Part shown: positions 8,977 through 18,260 of the stretch, in pieces | How positions within the stretch are numbered: position 1 is the stretch's first letter | Layout: every line of letters begins with the position of its first letter | IMG/VR virus record: IMGVR_UViG_3300020227_000083 | Coordinates: 1-29,684 of that record | Source of the DNA: a virus | Taxonomy: Duplodnaviria > Caudoviricetes | Strand: one strand, 5' to 3' | Length of the DNA stretch: 29,684 bases | Made by a program: the position numbers and the translations under genes | Notes under the pieces: generated by a model | The model's database searches: none | What the model was told of the DNA's origin: nothing | Seen by the model: only the letters and a program-made list of their open reading frames with translations

Positions 8977-9462
8977 TTAATCCCAATTCTCATATGCACG
9001 TTCCAATGATTTTTTGGCTTGCTCACTATCATGTTCAAATATGTGTTCTATCGCTTTACCTATATTGTATGCTGGTACTGCGTCAAAACCTTCAACTACT
9101 TGTTCTATAAATTGAGCTCTTTCGGAATTATTTAATGGGATTACCCATTCACCTGGGTGTATGGCTTCTAATCTTTCGCTATTGATCACTCCGCAACTAC
9201 GCTTACGTTGTTGTAAGTCGTTGGATTGTTTATTTCTTTCGTTATATTTCTCATCCAATAGACTCACTTTATTTGGATGTGTCTTAATCCAATCATGATT
9301 TATCCAAATGGAATCTTTTTGCCCATTTAATAGTTTTAAATCAACACGTGTTTCTTTTTCATTCATATCCTCTACTAATCTATCAACTTTACCGTGTTGT
9401 GATTGTCCATTTATCGCAATGTATTGAATCCAGTCACCGACTTTTAATGTTTCTTTTGACAT
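8977..9462 (-). CDS. Phage protein with DUF3310-like C-terminal remnant
   Basis: FIEQV...AYNIGKAIEHI...AKKSLERA. Confidence 0.55.
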   Translation of the reverse strand: MSKETLKVGDWIQYIAINGQSQHGKVDRLVEDMNEKETRVDLKLLNGQKDSIWINHDWIKTHPNKVSLLDEKYNERNKQSNDLQQRKRSCGVINSERLEAIHPGEWVIPLNNSERAQFIEQVVEGFDAVPAYNIGKAIEHIFEHDSEQAKKSLERAYENWD

Positions 9463-9810
9463 TTATTTAACCACCTTCGGGAATATATCGTTTTTCATTA
9501 AACCTGCTACATATTTACTACGTGGATGTACTTGCAGTGTGCCATCGTACAACCAAGGATGATCGTCTCTATGTTTAAGTTTTTTATACTGTTCATTTTT
9601 CATTTTTGATTGCTTTAATCGTTCACGTTTTTGTACATCTTTATAATCATTTAATCGATAATTTCTAGGCGCTTTACACGCCTCATGCAATGTCCAACCG
9701 TAAAGCAATCTTTTGCTTACGTAGTTTTTACTCAAACCATTCTTATACATACATTTAAGGTTTTCGCCCATAATGTGATATGTTTTGCCCTTAACAAGTA
9801 GTGTTTCCAT
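9463..9810 (-). CDS. PVL ORF50/SA1788-like phage protein
   Basis: RLLYGWTLHEACKAP...PWLYDGT...NDIFPKV. Confidence 0.7.
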   Translation of the reverse strand: METLLVKGKTYHIMGENLKCMYKNGLSKNYVSKRLLYGWTLHEACKAPRNYRLNDYKDVQKRERLKQSKMKNEQYKKLKHRDDHPWLYDGTLQVHPRSKYVAGLMKNDIFPKVVK

Positions 9811-9998
9811 TAATCTTTCACCTCTGGTTCGCTAAATTCTATGAATGTACCATCTAAGTAATCATTGACGTGCTTATCCATGTCTTGACCAATCCACTTT
9901 AAAGCTTCTTGTTCTTCTTCATTTGGTCGTTGGATATATGGCACTACCTTTTCGAATTTAGCGTAGTATTTAATTTTCATTGTTCCTGGTTCACTCAT
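9810..9998 (-). CDS. Hypothetical phage protein
   Basis: In operon between rusA and the ORF50-like gene. Confidence 0.65.
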   Translation of the reverse strand: MSEPGTMKIKYYAKFEKVVPYIQRPNEEEQEALKWIGQDMDKHVNDYLDGTFIEFSEPEVKD

Positions 9999-10003
9999 TT
10001 AAA

Positions 10004-10420
10004 TCACTCCAATACTTCAATATCCATAACCACTTTTGGAGTCTCTGCGTATTTTTTAAAGCTTGCTATCTCTACAATTTGGTTATCGTCTTGCCATACG
10101 TGTTTATTAGCTGCATCTAATACTGTCTTTATAAGATTATCTATATCAGGTTTAGTTACTTTATATTGCCCTATCATCGCTACATGTTTCTTCTTACTCC
10201 ATGATTTAAGCAACGGAAAGTGAAACTCTATTGTTAATTTGATAGGTGCATCAATCATTAATTCTGGTAGTTGTTCTTTAATAAAATCCTTATGATTCAT
10301 ATACTTATCTGGCATATAAGTGTGAACATACTTTCCTACACTTCTAAATCTAGGTCTAGGTGAACCCATTGGTGCTTCATAACCTTTTCTTTCATTAAAA
10401 TTAATCTCTATATGTTCCAT
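10004..10420 (-). CDS. rusA: RusA-family Holliday junction resolvase
   Basis: RPRF, KPDIDNLIKTVLDA, WQDDNQIV; ATG 10420 after AGGAG. Confidence 0.93.
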   Translation of the reverse strand: MEHIEINFNERKGYEAPMGSPRPRFRSVGKYVHTYMPDKYMNHKDFIKEQLPELMIDAPIKLTIEFHFPLLKSWSKKKHVAMIGQYKVTKPDIDNLIKTVLDAANKHVWQDDNQIVEIASFKKYAETPKVVMDIEVLE

Positions 10421-10430
10421 CTGTTCACTC

Positions 10431-10643
10431 CTACATGTAATCAAATATGCTTGTTTGATCTGCACGTTCTAATCTGTATGTGCGTTTGATTTCTTCTAAT
10501 CTTTCATCACTAATAATGTATTCATCTATGCCGAAATGATTATGCAATCCAAATACACGATTTCTATTATTATCTAATGGGATAACATCGATAGTTATAT
10601 TACTGTTGCTTTGTTTTAATCTATATTCTGTACTCAATCCCAT
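10431..10643 (-). CDS. Small phage protein (DUF3269-like)
   Basis: Ends QTSIFDYM; typical position after sri. Confidence 0.55.
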   Translation of the reverse strand: MGLSTEYRLKQSNSNITIDVIPLDNNRNRVFGLHNHFGIDEYIISDERLEEIKRTYRLERADQTSIFDYM

Positions 10644-10817
10644 TTAGCGCACCTCACGAATAGCGTCTGTTGTAGCGCGTTTTGCTTTCTCTGCGAATAA
10701 AAGTTCATCTAACGTTGTTTCGTCTCCATGTGCCCCATCTATAAACTTCTGTGCGTACATATCACTTAAATTAGGAGCTTCTAAAAAGTCTTTTACATAT
10801 TGAATTGTTTTTACCAT
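10644..10817 (-). CDS. sri: Sri-like host DnaI inhibitor (57 aa, not in ORF track)
   Basis: MVKTIQYVKDFLEAPNLSDMYAQKFIDGAHGDE; the SDMYAQK.ID.A.GDE motif of Sri/ORF104; directly after dnaC. Confidence 0.75.
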   Translation of the reverse strand: MVKTIQYVKDFLEAPNLSDMYAQKFIDGAHGDETTLDELLFAEKAKRATTDAIREVR

Positions 10818-11581
10818 GCATCTCTCTCCCTATAGTCTTCACCTAAGACTTTTGTTTTTCTTGCGTTCATCTTCATTCTTGAATTAATACGTTGCCAATT
10901 TTGATTCTGTTTTAATTCTTTATCGCTATAGTTGGTAGTAAAAATGTTATTCATTCCACTACGGTTATCTACAATGCTAAATAGTTTATTTAATGTATGT
11001 TCGGTGTTTTCTACACCCATATCATCTAATACTAATAAATCTAATTCGCTTAGTAGTTTTACTAATTCATCTGTTGTTTCTACTGCATCTTTGTTATAAG
11101 TAGCTTTGATTCTATCCATTAACTTAGGAATGTGCATGAAGGCAACGGTATAACCTTGTGCTTTAACTGCTTTCGCTATCGCATATGCTAAATGTGATTT
11201 ACCAGTACCGTATGATCCTTGTAAGATAAGCGACTTGGGATTATCTACTGAAAATGTTTTTACATATTCAATAGCTGTTTGTTTCGCATTATCCTGCGAT
11301 TCATTTTGTGGTTGGTAGTTGTTCACTGTTGCTTCTTGAAGTGACTTATTAACGTTAGATTGACTAAATAAATTATTGATACGCTTTTGTTTCTTTTCTC
11401 TTACTGTTGCTTCAGCTGCTCTTTTCATTGAGCAATCACAACCATGTTTAAATTCTTGCCCATTCTCAAATTTGTAATAATCATACTTACGTTTGCATTC
11501 GTCACAATACAAATCTAATTCTTGTTCAACGATATTACTTTTAGGTTTAAAATTTCTTGATAAGCTCGCCATCGACTGCAT
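10811..11581 (-). CDS. DnaC/IstB-like helicase loader ATPase
   Basis: CxxC...CxC Zn motif, GSYGTGKSHLA, LLVLDDMG, FTTN, RINSRM. Confidence 0.93.
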   Translation of the reverse strand: MQSMASLSRNFKPKSNIVEQELDLYCDECKRKYDYYKFENGQEFKHGCDCSMKRAAEATVREKKQKRINNLFSQSNVNKSLQEATVNNYQPQNESQDNAKQTAIEYVKTFSVDNPKSLILQGSYGTGKSHLAYAIAKAVKAQGYTVAFMHIPKLMDRIKATYNKDAVETTDELVKLLSELDLLVLDDMGVENTEHTLNKLFSIVDNRSGMNNIFTTNYSDKELKQNQNWQRINSRMKMNARKTKVLGEDYRERDAW

Positions 11582-11591
11582 GTAATCACTC

Positions 11592-12326
11592 CTAATCCCA
11601 ATAACTAGGGTCTTGCATAGCATCTAACATGTCCTGCCCTTGCAACCCATTATTTTTATTTGAACGTTTTTTATTTCTTGCTTGTATATCTTCTGTAGTT
11701 TTCACACCATCGTTGTCCCACGCATTTAATATAGAATTCACATAGCTCCAATTAGTAACGTTATTGTTAACAGCTTCTTTCATTGCCTCAATAACAATTT
11801 CATTTCCGTTGTCTTTAAAGTCATCTATCCAATAACCGATTTGTTCCGCTACATATGGTTTAAGCATTCCAAATCCATTTTCTTGATAGAAATCAAACGG
11901 CGATGGCTGTGCACTACTACTGTCATTCTTAGTATTGTTATTATTAGTTAAATCATTATTAGTTCTATTATTATTAGTAGTTCGCCCTTTTCGGTTTTCC
12001 GTTTTTCCGTTTTCCGATAATGGCATTTCGGTTGGCTTCTCATACACTAAATATTCATAACCGTTAAAGACGCCACTTTCACTTCTTTTCTGCTTTCTGT
12101 GAACATAGCCACACTCAATCAATTCTTTTATGCCGTTATTAATCGCTTTTTGTCCATCACTCATATGTTTCACTACTTCTGAAGTGTAAATTTGCCAATC
12201 ATCTGGTCTACTTAAGAAATACAATAGTATTCCCTTAGCTTTAGCGCTTAGTCTTTCATCAAATACAAACGTTTTATGAACAATTACAAATTCGCCACTT
12301 TCTTTTATAGTTCTAAATGTTGCCAT
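11592..12326 (-). CDS. Replication initiator (N-terminal HTH, DnaD-like C-terminus)
   Basis: LSAKAKGILLYFLSRPDDW; PFDFYQENGFG...WSYVNSILNAW. Confidence 0.9.
   Translation of the reverse strand: MATFRTIKESGEFVIVHKTFVFDERLSAKAKGILLYFLSRPDDWQIYTSEVVKHMSDGQKAINNGIKELIECGYVHRKQKRSESGVFNGYEYLVYEKPTEMPLSENGKTENRKGRTTNNNRTNNDLTNNNNTKNDSSSAQPSPFDFYQENGFGMLKPYVAEQIGYWIDDFKDNGNEIVIEAMKEAVNNNVTNWSYVNSILNAWDNDGVKTTEDIQARNKKRSNKNNGLQGQDMLDAMQDPSYWD
11930..12030. repeat. Probable phage origin: iterons plus AT-rich repeats inside rep
   Basis: Tandem (G)TTTT(T)CCG repeats at 11994-12016 next to TTATTAGT repeats. Confidence 0.6.
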
Positions 12327-12990
12327 GTCTCTCACCTCTCAACATCTTATTCAGTTTTTCGTCTACATCCACCCAACTATCTTGTAAGTGGTATTTACGA
12401 TTAAATGTATCCATGCCTATTTGATGTTGTTCTGTATGATGCTTTCTGCATAAGGCTAGTACTTTATTATCTGTATGGTTTATTTTGTTTCTATTACGTC
12501 CACTACCTACAGTTTGATAATGTGCTAAATCAGCATTTACAGCGCCACATATAACACAAGTTCGGTTAATGGTAGATTTGTATAGAAAGTATTTATCATT
12601 GCTCATGAGGTCGCTCGTTTGCTTTCTCATAGGTATGTCATATTGGCATATAAAATCTAATATAAGTTCGATTAACTCACTTGCTTGTCTTCGACTACAA
12701 TTACTTAATGACATCGGTTCATAACCATGTAAAAACTCCAACTGTTTTTGAAACATATACCTTAAATAGTCCATCGGTTGCCCGTAGTGGTCGAATATAT
12801 CTCTTATCATCGCGAACACTTTACGACGTTGTTCACCTGTTATCTTGTATGGATCAATCACATCTACATCACATTCAACTTCTAATCCATTATCAAGTAG
12901 TAGAAAATCTTTATTAGTTAGTTCTACACCCTCGATGACAGCAGTTGTCGTGCCGTCATCTTGTTGGATGTAACTTTTAATTATCGCCAT
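12313..12990 (-). CDS. Putative HNHc nuclease (DUF968-like)
   Basis: CVICG...DLAH...G.GRNR...LALCRKHHTEQHQIG. Confidence 0.85.
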   Translation of the reverse strand: MAIIKSYIQQDDGTTTAVIEGVELTNKDFLLLDNGLEVECDVDVIDPYKITGEQRRKVFAMIRDIFDHYGQPMDYLRYMFQKQLEFLHGYEPMSLSNCSRRQASELIELILDFICQYDIPMRKQTSDLMSNDKYFLYKSTINRTCVICGAVNADLAHYQTVGSGRNRNKINHTDNKVLALCRKHHTEQHQIGMDTFNRKYHLQDSWVDVDEKLNKMLRGERHGNI

Positions 12991-13016
12991 TTAATCACCT
13001 TTTATATTGTGCACAA

Positions 13017-13466
13017 TTAAAATGGTAAATCATCATCTTTAATATCAATAGGTCCATTGTTATTAGCAAATGGGTTATCATTTCTTGAACGTTGGTTATT
13101 TGTCCCTGTCTGTTGACCTTTGGAAACATTGTTTGCCTGTCCGTTGTTTTTAGGTTCCAAGAATTGAACATTGTCTGCGACAACTTCTGTAACAAATACA
13201 CGTTGTCCTTCTTTATTCTCATAACTACGTGATTGTATACGACCATCAACGCCAGCTAAGTTACCTTTAGACAAGTATTTATTTACATTTTCTGCTTGTT
13301 TACGGAAAACAACTACATTGATAAAGTCTGCTTCTCGTTCACCTTGTGCATTTGTAAATGTTCTATTAACAGCTAGGGTGAAAGTTGCGACACTTACACC
13401 TGATTGTGTTGTTCTGAATTCTGGATCTTTCGTTAAACGTCCTACTAATATAGCTCTGTTAATCAT
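13017..13466 (-). CDS. ssb: Single-stranded DNA-binding protein
   Basis: [16 protein letters not shown]...DDDLPF. Confidence 0.97.
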   Translation of the reverse strand: MINRAILVGRLTKDPEFRTTQSGVSVATFTLAVNRTFTNAQGEREADFINVVVFRKQAENVNKYLSKGNLAGVDGRIQSRSYENKEGQRVFVTEVVADNVQFLEPKNNGQANNVSKGQQTGTNNQRSRNDNPFANNNGPIDIKDDDLPF

Positions 13467-14113
13467 TGTTCAAGCTCCTTTAACCATGTTTGGATTGATT
13501 TTCTTGATTTATTTATTTGTTCATTACTCAATTCATCAATGTTCATAATTTGTAAATTTTTGATTTTGTTCTCATACGTTTCTGTTTGGTTATTTATTTC
13601 AACTTCTTTTACAAAGTCTTCTATTTCTTTCTGTAATAGCTCTTTTATTTCTGGACTAACTTTTGTATATTTTTCTTGCTTTTCTTTAGCGTCTGCATCA
13701 TCCTCATCAGTTGGTATGTTAAAGAATTTCATTAAGAAATAACGTTCTGAATAAGTTAAAGCTGTACCATGAGCTTGTGATATATCACTTTGTTGACCAA
13801 ATGCGTGATAACTAATATCCAATTGTTCTTCTGGTTTATCTGCATTAACCCATTTGTAGTTCAAATCCATTTCTACTATAAAATCTATAACTTCATGTCC
13901 TTTTTTATTTTTATAAGTGTGTGTAGTCCACTTTTCATTTGATGTACTAGGTATTAATAACAATCTATGTTCAATCATTTTATTTCTAATACGATGCAAT
14001 ATTTGTGATCCTGATACATAAGTGAAGTTATAGCCTTTTGTATCTTTTGTGAATCCATCTATATTAGCTTTTACATCTGCTATTTTTTGATATATATTAA
14101 GTTCCTCACTCAT
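13463..14113 (-). CDS. ERF-family single-strand annealing recombinase
   Basis: [26 protein letters not shown]. Confidence 0.9.
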   Translation of the reverse strand: MSEELNIYQKIADVKANIDGFTKDTKGYNFTYVSGSQILHRIRNKMIEHRLLLIPSTSNEKWTTHTYKNKKGHEVIDFIVEMDLNYKWVNADKPEEQLDISYHAFGQQSDISQAHGTALTYSERYFLMKFFNIPTDEDDADAKEKQEKYTKVSPEIKELLQKEIEDFVKEVEINNQTETYENKIKNLQIMNIDELSNEQINKSRKSIQTWLKELEQ

Positions 14114-14599
14114 TTATCTCACCCTTAAGCTTCTAGTTTGTTTAATTTCTGCTCCTGGCACTTCTTTACCAGCTTTCAAATCATCTAAGAGTAATTTGGA
14201 ATTTATTTTAGGTGCTTGAGATATCCAATAATCTTTAGGTATGAGTTTCTCGTTTAAAACTTCTTTACTAGGTGCATTTTTAGAAATGCTGAAACTGTTG
14301 AATGCTGTTTTAAATTTTTCTTTACCAGTTAATTCCATAGACTCTTTTAAATTATCTTTTAAACGTTTAACACCATTTTCGTTTGATGTTTTACGCTGCT
14401 TTAAACGCTTTATTTCTTCATCAATTGCGCTATTGTCTGCTTGTAATGATTTAATCACTGATGCATATCCATCTGCTTTATCCTCTAATGCATCATTAAT
14501 ACTCGCTAAAGTATCTATTAAAGCTTGTTCATCGCCTTGTTCAGAAATCAAGTCATATACTTGTTTATAGTTATCTGTTAACTCAAATATATTACTCAT
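14114..14599 (-). CDS. Siphovirus Gp157-family protein
   Basis: MSNIFELT...EDKADGY...EIKRLKQRK...LKAGKEVPGAEI. Confidence 0.88.
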   Translation of the reverse strand: MSNIFELTDNYKQVYDLISEQGDEQALIDTLASINDALEDKADGYASVIKSLQADNSAIDEEIKRLKQRKTSNENGVKRLKDNLKESMELTGKEKFKTAFNSFSISKNAPSKEVLNEKLIPKDYWISQAPKINSKLLLDDLKAGKEVPGAEIKQTRSLRVR

Positions 14600-14834
14600 C
14601 GCAAACCAACCTTTCGCCCTCAATAACTTTCTTTGCTTGTTCATATCGTGCTAATATGTCAGTATCTTTATGTGTGTTATTAAACATATAAATGCTTCCC
14701 ATGCCTTCTTTATAGTTGTCATGTGAATGATTAAACCAAATCGTGTTATCTATATATTCGATAATCATGCCTTCACTTTCTATTTTCTGTAATAGATCGA
14801 TGGCTAATCGTTTAAATTTTTGTTTCTTCACCAC
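14592..14834 (-). CDS. Hypothetical phage protein
   Basis: Overlaps its neighbours in the early operon. Confidence 0.65.
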   Translation of the reverse strand: MVKKQKFKRLAIDLLQKIESEGMIIEYIDNTIWFNHSHDNYKEGMGSIYMFNNTHKDTDILARYEQAKKVIEGERLVCDE

Positions 14835-15091
14835 TGCATCACTCGATTCATTATTCTGTCTGCTTCATCTGTATTCTGTTCTATCCATGTGAAAGCAGAT
14901 TGTTCTAGTATCTCTTGCGCTGTAGCTATTCCAGCGTATTCATCATAAATTGGTACGCTATCTATAAAATCGTTGCTTTCATTTACTAACGTGACCTCTA
15001 TATTGTCGTCGTGTTTGTACAAATTAATATTGAATTCAAACCCTAATAGTTTAATTACTTTACTTTTAGTTGTACCTATTTCGTAATACAT
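14828..15091 (-). CDS. DUF1108-like phage protein
   Basis: MYYEIG...WIEQNTDEADRIMNRVMQW. Confidence 0.75.
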   Translation of the reverse strand: MYYEIGTTKSKVIKLLGFEFNINLYKHDDNIEVTLVNESNDFIDSVPIYDEYAGIATAQEILEQSAFTWIEQNTDEADRIMNRVMQW

Positions 15092-15177
15092 TTGACTACC
15101 TCCTATGTTTTAGGGCATACTCTATATATATTCTTTTTTATTTATATAGAGTATCCCCGACTGTTTGCTAACTGCTA

Positions 15178-15351
15178 TTAGCACTCAGTCTTTTTTGTTG
15201 TCTTTAAATAATTAATCCATGTGTCCCATGCCATATAGCTAAAGCATGCTGTTACCCAGTAAATTAACAGCAAGTATATAAAGTCTTTCGTGAATATCAG
15301 TGCTATAAAGAATGCTAATACTGCTGTTGCTAGTGCTAATGTACCTTTCAT
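15178..15351 (-). CDS. Small hydrophobic phage protein (57 aa, DUF1270-like)
   Basis: MKGTLALATAVLAFFIALIF...KTTKKTEC; GGAGG SD; ATGA overlap. Confidence 0.65.
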   Translation of the reverse strand: MKGTLALATAVLAFFIALIFTKDFIYLLLIYWVTACFSYMAWDTWINYLKTTKKTEC

Positions 15352-15560
15352 GTTGTAACCTCCAATTCGTTTATTGTTTCGTCATCTATTGAATAAGGGA
15401 ATTTTTCTTTCGCTAGTCCAATTGGTAATTTACCTCTAATTGCAACATAGCCCTCTCTTTCCATCTCTTCATTTAACTCTCTAATGATGTTGGTTGCTTT
15501 ACTTTTTGAAACTCCAGTTATTTTCATTAAATCTTTTGCGTCTATATAATTTTTTCGCAT
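15348..15560 (-). CDS. Excisionase-like HTH protein (ICEBs1 Xis-like)
   Basis: YIDAKDLMKITGVSKSKATNIIRELNEEM...GKLP. Confidence 0.7.
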   Translation of the reverse strand: MRKNYIDAKDLMKITGVSKSKATNIIRELNEEMEREGYVAIRGKLPIGLAKEKFPYSIDDETINELEVTT

Positions 15561-15655
15561 TATCTATCTCTCCTTTTAAAATTTACTATTCGGTCGTGCA
15601 ATAACGTTTGGTACAATTAAGTTGTCGCTACTGCGATAGTGGGTGGTGAAAAATT

Positions 15656-15997
15656 GTGGATAAATTAACTAATAAGTGTAATTTTGTTATTACTCAACTG
15701 TATAAAATTCACTTAGATAGATTAGAAGACGGTATGGCATTATCTCGTTCTAAGAAGTTTGGTAGCGCTAAATCCATAAATGAAAACTTTTTTATTGGTT
15801 GGGATTTAGATACTTTATGTGAATGTATAAATGAGTTAGACGAACAAGGATTACTTACAGTTTTTTATGCAAGCGACAAACCTGTGCGCGTTTCATTAGA
15901 AAATCAAGCGATATTTACTATGGAAAACTTACATAAGAAAAATATTCAAAGTGTTGTTAAAGAACTAACAAAATTAAAGACACTAATAAGTTTTTGA
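15656..15997 (+). CDS. Hypothetical protein on the opposite strand within the early operon
   Basis: GTG start after GGTGGTG; converges on and overlaps the next gene by 15 bp. Confidence 0.7.
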   Translation: MDKLTNKCNFVITQLYKIHLDRLEDGMALSRSKKFGSAKSINENFFIGWDLDTLCECINELDEQGLLTVFYASDKPVRVSLENQAIFTMENLHKKNIQSVVKELTKLKTLISF

Positions 15998-16216
15998 TTC
16001 TATTCCTGGTACGATCCAATCTTCTGAAATCAAATCTTCTGCCTTTGGATTCCACATTGGTGTGAAGGTTTGGTTTACAAATACAATGTAGCCAAATGTA
16101 TTTGTAGGTATTAAATTTATAATTTCAGATGGTCTTAACTCCTCGTCAAACCATGCTTCTCTATAAATTGCCTTTCCTTTTTCCATAGCTATCCTAGTTG
16201 CTTCTTGAATATTCAT
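15983..16216 (-). CDS. DUF2829/MW1434-like (Tad2-related) small protein
   Basis: MNIQEATRIAMEKGKAIYR..W...W.P.AEDLISEDW. Confidence 0.75.
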   Translation of the reverse strand: MNIQEATRIAMEKGKAIYREAWFDEELRPSEIINLIPTNTFGYIVFVNQTFTPMWNPKAEDLISEDWIVPGIESKTY

Positions 16217-16227
16217 TCCATTTCCTC

Positions 16228-16992
16228 CTATATTTCGAATTGGCTAATATCTACGCCGTATTTGATTGCCATGCTTTTAATTACTGAAATATAAATTTCA
16301 ATCAATCTTGGTTCATCATTAATTACATCTAATTTAGATAATTTGTTTATTTGTGATTTAGTGGCACCTTTAGATAACATTTTCGCTCTACGATTATTTA
16401 ATCGCTGATCTAATTTGCAACGACCTTTTTCTTCTAGTAATTTGTAAGCTTCTGTACGAATTGATTTATGTTTATTTCCTCCACCTAAGTGTTGAGCAAT
16501 TGCACCTAAAATTTTGTTAGTGTCATTTCTCCAATTCTTCGTTTCAATACCTACAATATTTCGAATGCCTGTAACTTCCGTTTCAATACGTTTGTTAAAT
16601 TGTTCTTGCTCTTTTTGTACACTGAACATCATTTCAAGTGCTTGCATTGGTGTTTGAGGTACTTGATATTGTTGTTTAAGTTTGTCTTCCATCTCATTAA
16701 ATTTATTAATGTAAGCAATTTTGAAATCGTTATGACCTTGAATGTTGAACATGTATAAAGTGAAACCGTCTTTTGTTAGAAGATATTCTCTATTTCGTTT
16801 GCCATTACTAGCTCTATATTGATTAGGTATTAATAGAGCCGAAATGTCGGCCGTACTTTTTTTAATCATTTCATCTATACCTTCTAATATATGTTTGTGC
16901 TGTCTTCCCAATTCCTCTGCTACTGTTCTACTTGAAACCACTGGACCAAGTTCTGAATTATTTTCGATGTTAATTGTTAATAAATCTTGCAT
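16228..16992 (-). CDS. Rha-family regulator/antirepressor
   Basis: VSSRTVAEELGRQHKHIL...YLLTKDGFTL...YINKFNEME. Confidence 0.9.
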   Translation of the reverse strand: MQDLLTINIENNSELGPVVSSRTVAEELGRQHKHILEGIDEMIKKSTADISALLIPNQYRASNGKRNREYLLTKDGFTLYMFNIQGHNDFKIAYINKFNEMEDKLKQQYQVPQTPMQALEMMFSVQKEQEQFNKRIETEVTGIRNIVGIETKNWRNDTNKILGAIAQHLGGGNKHKSIRTEAYKLLEEKGRCKLDQRLNNRRAKMLSKGATKSQINKLSKLDVINDEPRLIEIYISVIKSMAIKYGVDISQFEI

Positions 16993-17004
16993 TTTAATTC
17001 CTCC

Positions 17005-17244
17005 TCAATTAATAGGTTGCGCATTCGCAACTTCATAGTTAAAAAAATATTCATTAATATTAATTCCGTATTTTAAGTGAATAATTTTAAAGTCTTTACC
17101 TTCAAAATCAGAATCATATCTACTTGTTCCGTTTAATATAGTATTTACTTTGCTCCTACTATATCCAAGTAAATCTGCTAATTCTTGTTGTGAAATACCA
17201 TTTCTTTTCATATATTTTTTAAATTCTGGATATCCACCAAGCAT
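17005..17244 (-). CDS. cro: Cro-like XRE HTH regulator
   Basis: ISQQELADLLGYSRSKVNTILNG; divergent from cI. Confidence 0.85.
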   Translation of the reverse strand: MLGGYPEFKKYMKRNGISQQELADLLGYSRSKVNTILNGTSRYDSDFEGKDFKIIHLKYGININEYFFNYEVANAQPIN

Positions 17245-17378
17245 TTTATATTCACCCCACTTCCTAGTTGCGTTCTAGCAACTGTTTATAATTTAACACT
17301 AACTAGTTGCGAATGCAATACATAAATATTGGTTTATTTCTAAAAAGTGTTGCGCATACGTAACGTTTCCTATATAAT
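17016..17378. promoter_or_regulatory. Lysis/lysogeny switch: GTTGCG-N4-CGCAAC operators and divergent promoters
   Basis: Sites at 17016-17031 (perfect), 17267-17282, 17306-17321 (degenerate) and 17349-17364. PcI TTGCGC(17350)-17bp-TATAAT(17373); Pcro TTGCAT(17318)-17bp-TAAATT on the minus strand. Confidence 0.8.
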
Positions 17379-17417
17379 ACTATTCATAAAGTTTTTTTAA
17401 TTTGGAGGTTACAAGCT

Positions 17418-18032
17418 ATGGAATTCGCAGATAAAATTAAAAAATTAAGACTAGAAAATGAATTGACAATGGAAAATTTAGCAGAAAAACTAAACGATGC
17501 ATATGGTTTAAACATTAATAAAAGTACAGTTTCAAGATGGGAAAAAGGTTCCGAACCTAGCGGAAAAACTTTATACTATCTCTCTGATTTCTTTAATACA
17601 ACGCCTTCTGATTTATTAGATTTACCAGAAGATTCTTTCATCGTTCCTACTAATAAAAGATTGCCAATAGTATCAGAAGTCTATTGCGGTTCTGGCGTAG
17701 TAACTTTCAAAGATATAGTCGGTTATGAATTTGTACCAAAAGAATGGCTTAACGGTGGAGAGTATTTTTTCCTTGAAGCAAAAGGAGATTCAATGACAGG
17801 TTCTAGAATATATGATGGTGATCTAGTCTTGATAAGAAAACAATCTAATTTTGAAAATGGGGAAATTATGTGTGTTTCTATTAATGGCGAAACATTATTG
17901 AAAAAAGTTTATAAGCAAGGTGATGTAATCATTCTTCAATCGGAAAATCCAAATTTTCAACCCAGATTTGTAAGTGAAAATGATGACTTCTATATAGTAG
18001 GGAAATTAAAAAGAGTAGTTATTAAGTACTAA
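17418..18032 (+). CDS. cI: CI-like repressor (HTH + S24 autopeptidase)
   Basis: STVSRWEKG HTH; VYCG cleavage site; GDSM Ser and LLKK Lys. Confidence 0.93.
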   Translation: MEFADKIKKLRLENELTMENLAEKLNDAYGLNINKSTVSRWEKGSEPSGKTLYYLSDFFNTTPSDLLDLPEDSFIVPTNKRLPIVSEVYCGSGVVTFKDIVGYEFVPKEWLNGGEYFFLEAKGDSMTGSRIYDGDLVLIRKQSNFENGEIMCVSINGETLLKKVYKQGDVIILQSENPNFQPRFVSENDDFYIVGKLKRVVIKY

Positions 18033-18260
18033 TATATATACGTGTGTTTGTACACGTGTGCAATTAAATAAGTTGTTCGGAATAGAAAGTACATTTGAAT
18101 TAAATAATTAAACTACAATTTCAATGAACTGTATATTAACTATGGAATTGTGTAAAATGTTAAAAATATTTTGTTATACATACTACAAAAGATAATATAG
18201 TTTTTGTAAACTAATACTAATGTGTTTTTATAACATAAATATATATTGGAGGGCATTAGA

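Noticed and set aside
12995-13249. Alternative-frame ORF inside ssb
   Set aside because: No SD or recognisable motif; explained by overlap with ssb.
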